Part shown: piece by piece, positions 26,185-40,507 of the stretch
Layout of the letters: each line of letters opens with the position of its first letter
Position numbering within the stretch: position 1 is the stretch's first letter
Origin: Bigelowiella natans CCMP2755
Taxonomy: Eukaryota > Protista > Cercozoa
Length of the DNA stretch: 64,000 bases
Direction: 5' to 3'
Assembly (NCBI GenBank): GCA_000320545.1
Contig: ADNK01002757.1
Location: 50,012-114,011 of the forward strand
Program-made: the position numbers and the translations under genes
The notes under the pieces: model-generated
The model's input: only the letters and a program-made list of their open reading frames with translations
What the model was told of the DNA's origin: nothing
Database searches by the model: none

Positions 26185-27136
26185 CAGCGGTGCTGCTGGA
26201 GGTAATAGTGCTAGTAGTAGTAGTAGTAGTGTTTACTCATCATCATCATCATCATCATCATCATCTTATACATGCTGCTACCTGCTACTGCTACAACAAA
26301 TAGTTGTAGTACTCGTTATCTTGTTATAATCGATACTCGGAACAAGCATATGTTGTATATATTATTACGAACAAAGCACGCATATCAATTGATATATGTT
26401 TGGTTGTCCTCCCGGTTGTATTATCAAAGTCGAGGTCCAAATAACCATGGAGTATTATATAGCCGTTTGAGCCAACTCAAGGTAGGTAGGTAAAGAGCTA
26501 ATAGCCAGCTCTTCCTCACTCTCTCTCTTACTCTTCTAAGAATCATCATCATCATCATCATCATCATCGTTAAGTAACTGCTGTGTTTAGACGACAAATA
26601 AGAGGTGTGTGTATGTGTGTGTATGTGTGTGTGTGTGTATGTGTATGTGTGTGTGTGTGTGTGTATCGTGATCATATATCCTCCAGGTACCTATGGGAAG
26701 ACATCTTTTCCGAACATTTGATGTTCATATCGCACGTTATAGCGGTTGGGCATTGAAGAACCTAACGAAGGAGGGGGGTGGTTATAACAACCTGCGACTC
26801 ACCGGAGGAAGAGGACAATTTATGGTAGTAGTAGTAGTAGTAGTAGTAGTAGTAACGTATTTTAAGCGCATCATATTGGTTCATTTATATTTACAATGTA
26901 TTATTTTAGAGTAACAAATTTTGAGAATATGATGAAACACATAATTAATTGACCCCCCCCCCCCCCTTGTACACCAAACGTCTAATTAGCGGTGGAACTC
27001 TGCAACAAAATCATTAAGATATGTGCCAAAAAACGAATTAAGTCTTATGATGGGAGATATCGATGTGAGAGCTGAATATGATTGGCCTCAATACATTGGA
27101 TCTCGATGTACTAGTAGCGAGATGGTAGTAAACTGA
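22887..27136 (+). CDS. Multi-exon type II membrane protein, putative glycosyltransferase-like
   Basis: N-terminal TM anchor KILFSLVLICTIQ. Exons RLGILLLGLG...VDFFAHSWNPE, ELNYEWILVTRFDA|VFFSKL...FYVSNWC, IPDFFSLAS and NNHGVLYSRL. HSW and TRFD motifs recall algal and phage GT-like proteins. Exon model incomplete. Confidence 0.5.
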
Positions 27137-27367
27137 CTGACTACCAAACACAAATAAATAATATTCTATGGTTTTTTGCAAAAGATACTGATAATGATAG
27201 TGATGATAATGATGATGATGCGAAAATATATTTCTCGCAACTGCTGTGCATGCCTTACACGAAGTTGTTCGTTTTAATAGTAGAAGGAAGAATAGTAAAT
27301 TTATGTGCCAACATGGATGAAGAGACTATCGCCAGTATCCTTCTTGTTGTATGTGTTCGTGTCTATC

Positions 27368-27581
27368 TTATTTGCCCATTTCAGATAAATATTCTTTAAT
27401 TTCTAGTCCTGTAGCCAATGACACAATTTGGCGTTCTCCCCTTGTTCTTTTCTTCAAGTAGATTTCCTCCTAACTGTTTCTTCTCCTCTTTTTCATTTTG
27501 GAGGTATATTGTGTAGAGGAGCCCCCCGAGTGCCGCAATAGCCCAACGGGAAGGGTAATTTAAAAATACATTCTGTGGACA

Positions 27582-27620
<39 letters not shown>

Positions 27621-29318
27621 GTCACTTTAGTCACTCGTTATTGCTTTGGTCATCATGATTATGCACTGAGTTATTATCTATGTTTATTAGGTAAATCTTA
27701 CACACTGGCCATACTACGAAAGATCGGCTTATAAATGTGTAGCTGTTTTAGAATAAGAGCATAAAATCATAATAAACATATAATAACATGTAGAAATGAA
27801 ATAAAAAATTGAAACTATGTTTTGACGTGCGTTTCAACATGGAGAAGATCTCATTAATGTGGTGGAATATAGAATTACGTACCACCTATATACGTAGAGA
27901 TTGGGATAGTGAGCGGCAACGCAAACTATATTCATATGAATTAAAATTTCTTTCACCAGGATTAATCGCATTATGACAATGCAAACACGTGTATGAAACA
28001 AAAAATGGCATAATGTAATGGACTAACACGATGTTTTGGCGCAAAATACTACACCGCATGACAGATGCGATCGTTATGCGTAGTGCTACATTGTGTGCAA
28101 AAGAACTTTATGTGTAAAAGATCATTAATTTGTTCATTGCACGAGGTAGTTTGTTACTTGTCCCGCACGCGCACAAGACAAGCTATTAGCACGGTCGTCA
28201 TGGAGTACATACACGGGCATGCGCACATGTGCAGAGAGACCTGCATGTGCACACATGCGTAAATAGATTACATTTTAAAATGAAATCACAACAACCTCAT
28301 GGGCTATTACTGTGTGTGGGATGATGAATTACTGTGTTTATGATGTGAAACCAGTTGTGATGCTACATCATTAAGATTGTGTCAAATCTATTTTTCACAG
28401 TTTCTTTTAAGTGATTAACAAACTAGCCTGTCTACTACCAAAGAATTACATCTCAGAACAAACTCGTTAACTGTGATGCTATAAGAGTTCTATATTTTGT
28501 GTGGACGCACAATGAACCCGGGTGAAATGTGAAAAGAAAGCTCTTTTAGTTTCAAACACTCGCGTCTGATAAATGACAATAAAATAGCAATACAGATAGC
28601 GGTATCAAATAATTTTATTCACAATTATCTTTGATTACCCAGGAACGATGTTGAAAGTAAAAACTTGATTTTATTTTATTTTCGAGGTAAATTCCGTCAC
28701 TTATTTCTACTCATTTATAAAAAGTATTATGTACATGATGCAGGAATAGAGAAATAGTGATAATGATGTAATCAGAAGAAATGTACCAAAATCATAGACA
28801 TACAACAAATTTGCATCTATAAAATTCTCTTTAGTGAGTGCTTTGTGCGTTCTAATTTCATAAACAAATATTGTCTTACCGGTCCGCAAATTGGACAAGC
28901 AAAAGGTGGATTCAAAGATGTCGAGTGTATATCCTCATGAACTTGAACCCCTTCTTTCGTATCGAATACTTTTTGGCATATTTTGCATGAAAAATCTCGT
29001 GCCGCTACCAAAATTTACCAAAATACATATCGGAGAAAGGATTTAGTGATATTATTATAGGATAATAAAATATTGGAAATCAAACGATGATGAATGAATG
29101 AGAACAACGGTGAAAATTTCCTTCGATATTCTACCTATTCTAAAACAATGACTAATAATCAAATACATCTTAATTAATCATAATACATATATATTTAGGG
29201 TACTACCTGATGCATGATCTCTGCTAATATGAAAGTCACGAACTTTAATGTATCTGAACCTCTCAAAACATCCTTCATCTGCAGTTAAGATTGTTAAATT
29301 AAAATCAACACAATTTTT

Positions 29319-29356
<38 letters not shown>

Positions 29357-29976
29357 CTTGCTCTAATAAATGTTATCATTACATGTGCACGCATATTTTA
29401 GTTCTCCAGTATGGATCCGCATATGAGTCAGCATATTGCCTGTAAAGAAATTTGTTGATATCATAAATGATAATCAAACCCATAAATACAAGTAAGACAT
29501 ATGGAAAAGGGAAGAAGTTTGGGAGGGGTTTAATAGATATAATTTGAACCAGAGAAACAACTTATAAAGACAAGAGAACCGATAAAAAGCGATATTATAG
29601 ACGAACACAGCTATTCTAGATGATAATGCATAAATTCAAGTAAATAGAGGTATTAACTTGTTAAAGTTTACAAAACCTCTTTGTGAAAATTCCTTTTTGC
29701 ATTCTTGACACTGAAAAGGTCTAAATCCAGTGTGTGTCCTATTTTTGCGTTCATAAGCAATTGTATTTTCTTCTATTTGTTCTTAAATTACAGATTATTC
29801 TACGATTGAATACAATAGTGAATAATAAGTATTGTAGCAAATATTGGGGAACATTTATGAGCAAAAATATACACTTTGATTTGTAATGCAACCAGTCTTT
29901 TAAATCTCAAATCTCTCTATTTCTATTATTATACATATAAATACATGCTACACACGCATATATGTATAGATTCATT

Positions 29977-30022
<46 letters not shown>

Positions 30023-31322
30023 TATGTATTTATATATTTATGTGTGTGTTGTGCATATGCGTGCGCGTATATCTTTCTCTATTTTTCTCCAAAAGTTTAT
30101 GTATATGTGTGTGTAAGTGTATATTAAAGTGTCTATGTATGAGTGTATATCTTTCTAGAATCGATTTAAAACATGTTGATTCCAAAAATAGCAATACCTC
30201 ATATGAAACTTAAGGCTTATCTTTTGAGAAAAGTTAAGTTTGCAAACTTCACACGGAAATGGTTTCGCTTTAAAAAGAAACAATAATAACAAAAATTACA
30301 CTGAGTTATTACCAAAACTATTATATTCTTTACAATTCATTAATAATATTTATTTCTCTCCATTCTACCCCTAATCTCCACCCTCTCTCCCTTGAACTGA
30401 CCCAATAAATTCATATACCATTTGAATGACCCAGTTGATGTTTTCTACAATTACTGCTATCTGAGAATCTCTGTTTGGTTAGGGATAAGGCGAAAGGTCA
30501 ATAAACAAAAGACTAAATATTTGATACACCGAAGATTGTAAAATATCTATTTAATGACAATTTTCACTTTTTCCTGCTTCGCTTAAAATCATGCAGCTAA
30601 TATTTCCAAAAACATTTCAAATATACTGTTTCCACCTGTCCACAAATTGTGCATCTGTAGGGTTTCTCACCAGTATGCTTTCGCATGTGTCGTTTCTGTT
30701 ATATTTGTGGCATATTTGCTGATCATTGTTGTTTTCGATACAAAATATCACAATATCATATAATAAATACGTTAAAAAAGTGTAGGAATAAAACTACTGT
30801 TGCAATTCTGAACCTAGTTAACTAGATATGAGACTAGGCATGTTCTTGAAATATAGTTTCTCAGATTATGTTTTGATTGAAGAATAAATAAACATCTCTT
30901 AACCGATCTTAATTCTTTTTGAAACATCGTAATTATACACAAAACATAACCACACACACACACACACAAACACGCACAAATAAAGGGCTCTCTAATTAAC
31001 ATTGGCTATAAATCAATATGTATACAGCTGCTGAACAAGATTTTTGGATGCAGTATATTTATTGTACAGATGTTACTATTTGTTGCATTTGTTAATGTAA
31101 TTCCTTTGTATTAATTAGCTATTACTTCCTTCATTAATTCAATATCCCACTGTACTACAAAATAAACTACTAGTGGTGGTTTTTCCTACCATTTCACTAA
31201 TGCAGTGGCATTTGTAGTCGCATTTGGTGCACGTTACGGGCAGAACGTAGTCTCTTTAAAAAAAAAAAAAAGAAAGAAAAAGGAGGAAGCACGTCACAAA
31301 AAGGAGAAGAGAGTGAGAGAGT

Positions 31323-31363
<41 letters not shown>

Positions 31364-31904
31364 TGATAGAAAAACATCCTAATTAATATAAATTATCATC
31401 ATATAGTGTGTAAATGATAATAGACCGCGGCAATGAACTGATTTTCAGAACAGTCACACCGAACAAAAATGACTTGCTACGAAAGAAATCTCATATAATC
31501 ATTATTGTCAATCTTCCTTAGTATAGTGAATGTGTTCATATTACGATTTATGCCTTCGTTTATGCTTGACAAGATTGCTGGAATACAAGAAAGTCCTGCG
31601 ATATTGTCAATAGGTTGAATGATATGTGCATTTTCCTTGATTATTTTCCTCAAAGTACTTTAAATTGGGGATTTGAATCGATACATTTGTTTAAAAAAGA
31701 ATATCATAAAAATGTGCGCCACAAAAGCAAACAAGATATCTTTCACGTTGTTGGAAGTACCTGTCGCATTTATTGCAAGTATATCGGGATACATTATGCA
31801 TTTTCCTGCTCACAGACATCATTTCGCATGAATTATTGCCATCGTGAATAACATTACACATACGCGTAAATATTACAAACACACACAAACACGCGCAAAC
31901 ACAA

Positions 31905-31940
<36 letters not shown>

Positions 31941-31959
31941 CCACCGATATTACATATGT

Positions 31960-32005
<46 letters not shown>

Positions 32006-32556
32006 CATACAACATTTATAACGTAATATATGATTCGTAAATTTTTTTTAATGTTAATTACATCTTTGTTGTTTGAACCTGTATCACGACTTTCATAAAT
32101 ATCATAACAGGCAGCATATCATATAGGCAGTATATTATAGGTAGCTAATAAAAGTTTCTACTTACATTTCGTGTGCATCGAGCACATTCCTACATATTAC
32201 AGTAGGCATCAAAGGTTAGTATCGACAAAGATTTACTGATAGAACGTAGTTGTAGGAGAATTTGTAAATAATGATGAGTGTGGGAGGTAAAGGATGGAGA
32301 AATACGTCATCAAAATACTAAATATTTTCCCAATAACAACAAGAACTAACTTATGTCTGAAGGAGAAAGAGCAAAATTTGCATTTGAACGGTTTTTCTCC
32401 TGAGTGCACACTGTCCATGTAACAATAGTGCCAACAACAACAAACACAATTTGTTTTTCAATTAACAAAATGATGAAACATTATGATTATGGGCCAGTAA
32501 ATTTATCGAAATAGAAAACTTAAAACTTCAGAATACATATCAAGGATGAATATATG

Positions 32557-32596
<40 letters not shown>

Positions 32597-33650
32597 TATA
32601 TTATAATATAGAATGTCGTAAATATTGTGCATGCGCTACTATTTTTATAAAACATGCAATCACAATTAGAGTATATGTGGGCTTGCAACATCTATGCTTT
32701 GCTTGCACCACCCACTTGCACCCAACCCCAAACACACTTCAACGCGTTCGTTGTTGTCATCTTTGTTTTTTATTTTTGTTATTATTAGAACTATCACTTG
32801 AGTAAGGTGAATATACAACTTTTTCTCCATTACCGTGTATGCGATTGTAAAAGATTAGACGTCGTGAAGCTCCGAGAGCACACTTCACATCGAAATGGTC
32901 GCATCTAATTTTGCGATGTAATATGTATGGTGAAATAAAAGTTTGAAATCGTATTGTCAATGAGAAAAGCAATACCCAGCAGCATAAATATGATCTAACA
33001 CGAATGAATTACTAGCAGTCTAATGATGACGAACTACGCTGTGTATAGTCCACAAATACTAAATAAAGTAGCCCTCCTCCTCTTCCTCCTCCTTCTTCCC
33101 TCACCATTTCCACCCCATCTTCATAGTGTTCTGGCTACTACTGCTACTACTAACTACTACTACTACTACTACTACGAATACTCTACTACTTTCGAATGAT
33201 AAAGATAGTGCGACATAAGATTGGATTTTGACCTACATATTCACCATAAACACCACCATAATGGCCATAATACGTGAGTGAATGATGTGGCAGCTCATCC
33301 ATCTATCATCATCATCATAGGCAAAAAAGTAAGATAATGATGATTTCCTTTGTTGTTGTTCATAGTTTTTAATAAATAATATCGCACTACATACGAAAAG
33401 AAGGATGTGAACATTTCACTCACTGACTGACTACTACTATGCCATTCATCCTTAATGATGAAACAAGTAGTATAGTATCATCGTTACCATCATCGTAATT
33501 GTGTGAAGATGTCAATAATGTGAGGATTGAGATTTAATATGTTAGAAAGACGTCAGTTGTTCATACGTAAAGCTCCTTGTACAACCAGTGTGGCCACATT
33601 GATAAATCCTAGTTAATAATGAGAAGTTGGTCGGTCTCTCTCTCTCTCTC

Positions 33651-33699
<49 letters not shown>

Positions 33700-34258
33700 T
33701 TGTGTGTGTGTGCTTTCTTCAAATAATAATATGCATAGTGACGAATAAGTATTAAATTTCATGATGATTATAAATTATAATAACAGTATGATAATATGTA
33801 CTACTGTTTATTGTATTTCCTTCCCTCTTTTTCTTGTCCTTCTTCTTATTGAAATCCTTCCCCACCGTTCTCCTCAGTAATAATAAGTATTACTACTACA
33901 TACTCACTTTGCAGCAAATTGAACAACTTGAGAAGACGACATGTTATTAGCGGAACTTGAACTAAATAACAATTACGATATTATCAAGATGACGATGACG
34001 ATGATGACGATGTGATGATGATGATGATGATAATGATGGTGATGATGGTGATGAAGGAAAAAAATAAAAATATCAACTCAGGCAGAAGAACTTTTAGACA
34101 TAATCAAAACAACACATCAGCTGCCCATGATTACTGTGTGCGTTAATATCATCATCATCGTCGTCATCATTATCATCATCTTCTTCTTCTTCCAAAAATT
34201 TCTATCTTCTCCATTTTCCCCTCCTCCTCCTCCTCCTCCTTCTTCACCTTGTTGCAAG

Positions 34259-34316
<58 letters not shown>

Positions 34317-34599
34317 TCTTTCTCTCTCTCTCTCTCTTTGTACTTTTGGAAGTGAATCTTGTTAAAATGATGCTTGGCAGCCTAGAATGGAAAATTATTA
34401 AAATGAAAGGAAAGATGAATACAACTGAAAATAATAGGGAGAAAGAGAGAGGGATAGAGAGATACAGAGAGAAAAAACAAAACGAGCGAGAGAAGAGAAA
34501 ACGTGAAGAAGAAATAGAAAATTATTCTACAAGAATATAAGCATATATAAAACCGCAAACATAATCATTCGTAGATTCTTTCAAAAAATAATGGAAAGT

Positions 34600-34632
<33 letters not shown>

Positions 34633-36953
34633 GAATATGCATCTTCGTAATTCTTGATTAAAATAAATCCAAAAGAACCAAAAAACTAAATGTCTTGATT
34701 GACATATTTTAGTAGTAGTAGCTAGCACCCAAAGAAAAACAATGGATTATAAAGACAATGATAATTATTATTACTTTTCAATCAAATTTATTACTACAGT
34801 TTATAGCAGTAGTATTTTGAGTTGTATCAAGGTTGTTAAGCGGGCAAGTTATTAATATGATATAATCAAACAATAATAATAAATAATAACAAGTGTAATA
34901 TCGAGAGTAAAAATAATTTCAATAAAGAAAAAAATCATCATCATCATTATCATCATCATCCTTTTCCTTGTCGTTGTTTGCAGTAAACATTTTTTTCAAA
35001 TATAACAGCACAATTATCATCATCATAAAATGCCCCTTTTTAGATAGATGTATGTGTTTTAACCAATATGTGCTAGCTAATGCTACTAATAACAATAAAA
35101 ATAATAATAATGATAATCCTACTATCTTTGTTCTATTTAGCCAAAATAAATGGTCGCGACAACACTAGTTAATAATACTACTACCTCGCTTGTTTGAAAC
35201 ATTTCACTACAATTCTTGTCTGGACACCTTTGTTAAATTGATAAGAAGCCATTCTTTCAATATATCATGCTGCTGCATTGTGTAATTGGATTATCTATTT
35301 GTAGTTATTATTTTTCTATTAACTCTCCACCATTAATCAATTAATCAATCAATCAATAATCAGTTGAACAAGCACATCAAAATTAAAAATAGGAAAAAGG
35401 GATAGTCATCAATATCTTCTCAATAGTAGCAATAGAAGAACTATTAGTAGCAGCTTATCTGAAAAGAGTAATAAGTCTTATTATCTAATACAGACGAGTC
35501 ATTTAGCATACCTATACGGCTTGTATTCCGAATGTACAATAAGATAATGCCTCTTCAAATTGGCAAAGTAGCTGATAATAAGAAAGTATAACAAATTAAA
35601 TAATGGTAACAATAATAATAATTGAATATAGGAGATATCTGATAATAGTACGGATAATAACAACAACGGTTTCAATATGATTTATCAAGCACAATCTCAT
35701 CACTATAGCGATAATTGGCAACCGTTGCAGTTGTTCCTACTTTTGATATAAATTCAGATATCAAAAGGTTTTACTACAACTACTACTACTTTTACTAGTA
35801 CTACTCCTACTCATTTATAGTCACATTACACCAAGCAGTACGGGGGGGGGTACATATGATGTGGTAAAGTTTCCTTGTAGACCGATCAATAGGCTAACAC
35901 ACATCATAATACATAATACATACTACAGAAAGTAGAAGTTTCTATGACCTAAAGGAATGATTGCACACATTGCACACAATTCCGATATGTGTTAATCGAT
36001 GTGCTTTCTAAACACCACCACAACAACAACAACAACAACAAGAAGAAGAAGAAGAAAGGGGAACATCATCATCATCATCATCATCATCATCACGATAGAG
36101 TATGATGTCGTAATAATTCTTAATGCTGCTGCTGGTGGTACAGACATATTCCTAAATACTACTAATAATAATGATAAGTAAGGAATACGAGGAGAAAGTA
36201 CATAAGATGTTACAATTACTGGTACTACTACAACTACTTACTACTGCTACAACTCCACGTGTAATGATCTCCACGATGTAGAGTGACATTGTTACCATTG
36301 TTTGTAAAACAGTGTTTTTAAAAAAAAATGTATCTTTGTTACCATAACTGCAAGCTTTGAGAATCGCTTTCCACATATATTGCATGCTACATCTATTACT
36401 GACGAACTAGTAATAGTGCCATTGCTGCTTCTTCTTTTTGTATTGTTTTTATTTATGTCTCTGAAGATACTTGTAGTATTTATAGTAGTAGTAGTTGTTG
36501 TTGTTCTTGTTCCGCTGTTATGATGATCAATATCATTCTCATTAATACTATTCTTTTCCTCCTTCTCCTCCTCATCCTCCTCCTCAAATTGCTCATTTAA
36601 TAATACTTGGTGGTGAGCTACTACTAAATTATTCTCAGGCAGTTGTTGATTAGCTATCATCATTCGTTGTTGTTCTTCTTCTTCCTCTTCTTCTTCTTCT
36701 TTCTCTGTCTTCTCTTTTCTATGCAACGACCTCCTATAACTACTACTACTACTGCTGCTACTGCTGCTGCCTCTGTCGTCAACCATCTTGCTCTTATGGT
36801 TGTCTATCCCCCCCTTCCTTTTCCTCCTGGTAGGGATTTCCTTGTTGTTGTTGGTGGTGTTGTTCCCTTTTGTTTCTTGACTGTACTGCTCTTTCTCTTC
36901 TTCGCGGTCTCCATCGTCATCATCGATGCCTTCATTATATTTTGGTAGTGGTA

Positions 36954-36989
<36 letters not shown>

Positions 36990-37766
36990 TGCATAACAGC
37001 AGAAATGGGGGGTAGAGTTAGGAAATTCAAGGAGGGAGGTTAAACAAAGAAAGAAGAACAAGATGAGGATGATGATGATGATGATGATGATGGTATTTTT
37101 TATGTTTTCGTCTACCCTCTTCCTTCTTCTTCTCCCCAATGCCATCGTTTGGTGGTAGTAGTAGTAGCCTCCTCCCTTTTGTATCTTTGGTCCCTTCACA
37201 TTCTTGATTCTAACAATATTATTAATCATTTAGCAGCAGCAGCAGCAGCAGCTTAAATGTTGATATAACATAAAATAGAGACAAAAATCCTACTTTTATA
37301 TATTTTCCGACTACTATTCTTGTCTATTTCTGGCTAACGACGATCTAATTTTATCATTCACATTCTCATCAACTTATATTAAACTTATTAACATTAAGTA
37401 GTATCTTCTCTTAACTTACAAATCTGTGCACAGACATTGCTTGCCTCGTATTAAATATCCTAATAAAATAGTATCAGCAGCAGTAGCAGCAGGAAGAGGA
37501 GGAGGAAGAGAAGGGAGGAGACAAAAGGAGAGTTAAAATGATACGTGCGTTTTGGGTATTATCTCTCTTCCTTGAAGTAGTAGTAGTTGTTCTCATCACT
37601 GCGATCTATTATGCTTATTGAAACAAACTTTAAATTCTCCAATAACAGTCATAAAGGAGTAATGCTATTAAACTTTAAATTGTCCAATAATAACAGTGAT
37701 AAAGAAATAATACTATCATCCATAGTGCGATTAGGGAGTGGGGTTAGTCACTGCTACATGAACCAA

Positions 37767-37816
<50 letters not shown>

Positions 37817-39377
37817 TTCACTAATTGGCCACTAGACTGATTATTACCTGGGACAACTTTTGCATCTAAAGTTTCTTCGTGAATGCTATATTATATATAC
37901 ATATAAAAATGTAAATACAACAACAACAATAATAATAATAATAAATTACAAGAATACAAACAGTTGCAGGAATATAGCGAAATGTAGCAAAATAAGGATT
38001 CCTTCCACCACTACTCTTTCACAAATACTTGAATTACGATACAAATTGGCTATTATGAATTCCTCAGACGATACAGATTGGAGAGGATATTTACGTAAAT
38101 CCTCAACAATATATCATCTCTCCTTTTCCATTACTACAAACACCACCTCCATCACCACTAAGTAGTGTATGTATGTATGTTGTATGTATGTATGTATCAT
38201 CACCTTTTTTATCTTGTGCTCAATGAACCTAGTACGAGAAAGGAGACGTAACAACAAATTTAGTAGGTAGTAGTAGTGGGATGAAGGTATGTATCAAACT
38301 GCTGCTTCTAACACAATCTCAACTACTACACCTCAGATCAAACTGCTGCTTCTAACGCAATCTCAACTATTACACCTCAGATGATATTTTCCAAATATCT
38401 TATCATTAATTGAAAATCCTAATGCTATATATTTGTTCTCTTTAGCATAGAGAAGAGTCATATTATAAGAGGAAAGATGTGAACAAAATATCGACGATCA
38501 AACTTACTCGCCAGCTGTTTCGAATTCCAATTTGCATTTAAGACAGGATAGGCGTGCTCCTTCACCATTATTTCTGATCCCATAACCCATGTTGGCGTTG
38601 TTGTTTTGGTGATGCTGCTGCTGCAGCTGCTGAAACCGAACCCGCATCTTCAACCCTTCTTTCTCCTCTTCCGTCAGAAGAACTCCAACTTTAGAAGAAG
38701 GGAGCGAGGAGGAGGAGGAGGAGGAGGAGGAGGGAACTCCAGCAGGCACTCGCAATGGAAATGATGAAGAAGCAGCTGTCGATTCACCATTTTCTTTGAG
38801 CCTACAACTTATCGTGCATATAATAACATATGCTTTGATCATATCATGGCCATCGTCATCATTATCGTTTCACACATCATGTTCTTCTATGTGTTGTTGT
38901 TGTGTATCATCATTGTGTCATCAGTTTTGCTGCTGGTTCACCTGGGGGTATTAGCCATGCAGAAGAAAGATATCAGACCCACGATGTTAATAATAATGCA
39001 GCACGGGGAGGAAGGGGAGGGGGGAGAAGCCACTCGTGACAAACGACGATGTCGATCTTTCTCACTTCTCATAGATGATGATGATGATAATAGCTACGAA
39101 CCCTTGAGAGAGACGTCGATAACTCACTTCGTGGCACACGATTGGATGCTACTGCCAGCTACTGCTACTGCTACGATTGGATGCTACTGCTACTGCTACT
39201 GCCACTGCTACTGCAAGTCGTCATTTCGGGTGGTCAGCAGCAGCAGCAGAAAATATTAATGTCGATTTCCGTAGAGGAGGTGCTATTATTCATGATCGGT
39301 ATATGAGTTATTTCTGTGCTCCTTGGCTCTCATCGCCGTTCGTTTAATTATTCCGCATGGTTTATCATTGATTAGCT

Positions 39378-39418
<41 letters not shown>

Positions 39419-39460
39419 AACGATCCATAGTTCATTGATTTACTATGATGATGATCCATG
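27368..39460 (-). CDS. Large multi-C2H2 zinc-finger protein, many micro-exons; boundaries approximate
   Basis: Exonic fragments LSCLKCKLEF, VACNICGKRFS, NLKRHYLIVHSEYKP, CPDKNCSECF, YQCGHTGCTRSF, HSGEKPFKCKFCSFSF, YTCNKCDRYF, KRHMRKHTGEKPYRCTICG, KPFPCEVCKLNF, HTGFRPFQCQECKKEF, FSCKICQKVF and PFACPICG, with TGEKP-type linkers. Confidence 0.85.
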
Positions 39461-39644
39461 GCCGAGCCTCGAGTAGAGATGAGATCTCACAACAGCTATT
39501 TGTTATTTTCAGATGCACGTTTGCTGTCTATGCAATCCTGATCCCTGCGCCTAGTTATTAAATTGGTATTTAAGTCATTTCATTCCTTGACATCATCCCA
39601 ACTGTTACAAGAGACTCTCATCCTCCTCCTTCTCCTCCTCCTCG

Positions 39645-39675
<31 letters not shown>

Positions 39676-39704
39676 GGAGTATGAAGAAAATCCTATGATG
39701 ATCC

Positions 39705-39735
<31 letters not shown>

Positions 39736-39777
39736 CAGAAGTTGTTGTCAGGAGTTGTTGTCAGAAGTTCTTGTCAT

Positions 39778-39812
<35 letters not shown>

Positions 39813-39874
39813 TTGCGATTCTCATCTACATCCCTTTTAGAACAACAACAACAACACAACAACTGATCACTAAT

Positions 39875-40331
39875 AACTATGAAAACCATTTAGATGTAAT
39901 CGGTTCAAAAACATAGCTGGGAAGTTAAGGATGCGAACAGAATAAATAAATAACTAACTAACTAACTAAAACTATGAAAATCACTTAGATGTAATCGGTG
40001 CAAAAACATAGCTAGGAAGTCAAGGATGCGAACAGAATAAATAAATAAATAACAAACTTGCTCAATGGTGGGAGGAAGAGGGGGAGAGGAGAACCACCGT
40101 AGCAACAGCAATAAATAATAATAGTAACAATACGAAGGGAGGAGGGGGAGAGGAGAACCATAACAACAGCAATAAATAATAAAAGTAACAATACGAAGGG
40201 AATACTACTACCGCTTACGAATCAGTCCTTAACCCACTGGAGAGGAGAACCACAGTAACAGCAATAAATAATAATAGGAAACAATACGAAGTGAATACTA
40301 CCACCGCCTCCTACGAATCAGTCCTTAACCC
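39875..40331. repeat. Local duplications between the divergent zinc-finger and signal peptidase genes (2 x 96 bp, then 3 x ~60-bp related units)
   Basis: aactatgaaaa..ttagatgtaatcggt.caaaaacatagct..gaagt.aaggatgcgaacagaataaataaataa at 39875 and 39971. ggagaggagaacca...cagcaataaataat...aacaatacgaag occurs three times. Confidence 0.85.
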
Positions 40332-40507
40332 AGGTAGATCTACTATTTGACTAAAAGATAAGCTACGGTGGGTGGTGATGCTTTCCATTGGTGGTGGCAT
40401 GCACTTGGATTGGCTCAATGGAAACTACCACAACTATGTGTCTGTGCCACTTGATAATAATGGATACGTTGCCTAACGATTACACCTTACATTGAAGCAG
40501 GTCTGCA

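Noticed and set aside
23923-26675. Low-complexity ORFs (poly-L, S, V, CV, HT, YI) across the microsatellite-rich introns
   Set aside because: These are translations of (TAG)n, (CAT)n, (CA)n, (GA)n and (TA)n intronic microsatellites.
31880-32002. (CA)n followed by (TG)n forming an intronic hairpin
   Set aside because: Both microsatellites are very common in these introns, so their juxtaposition is expected by chance.
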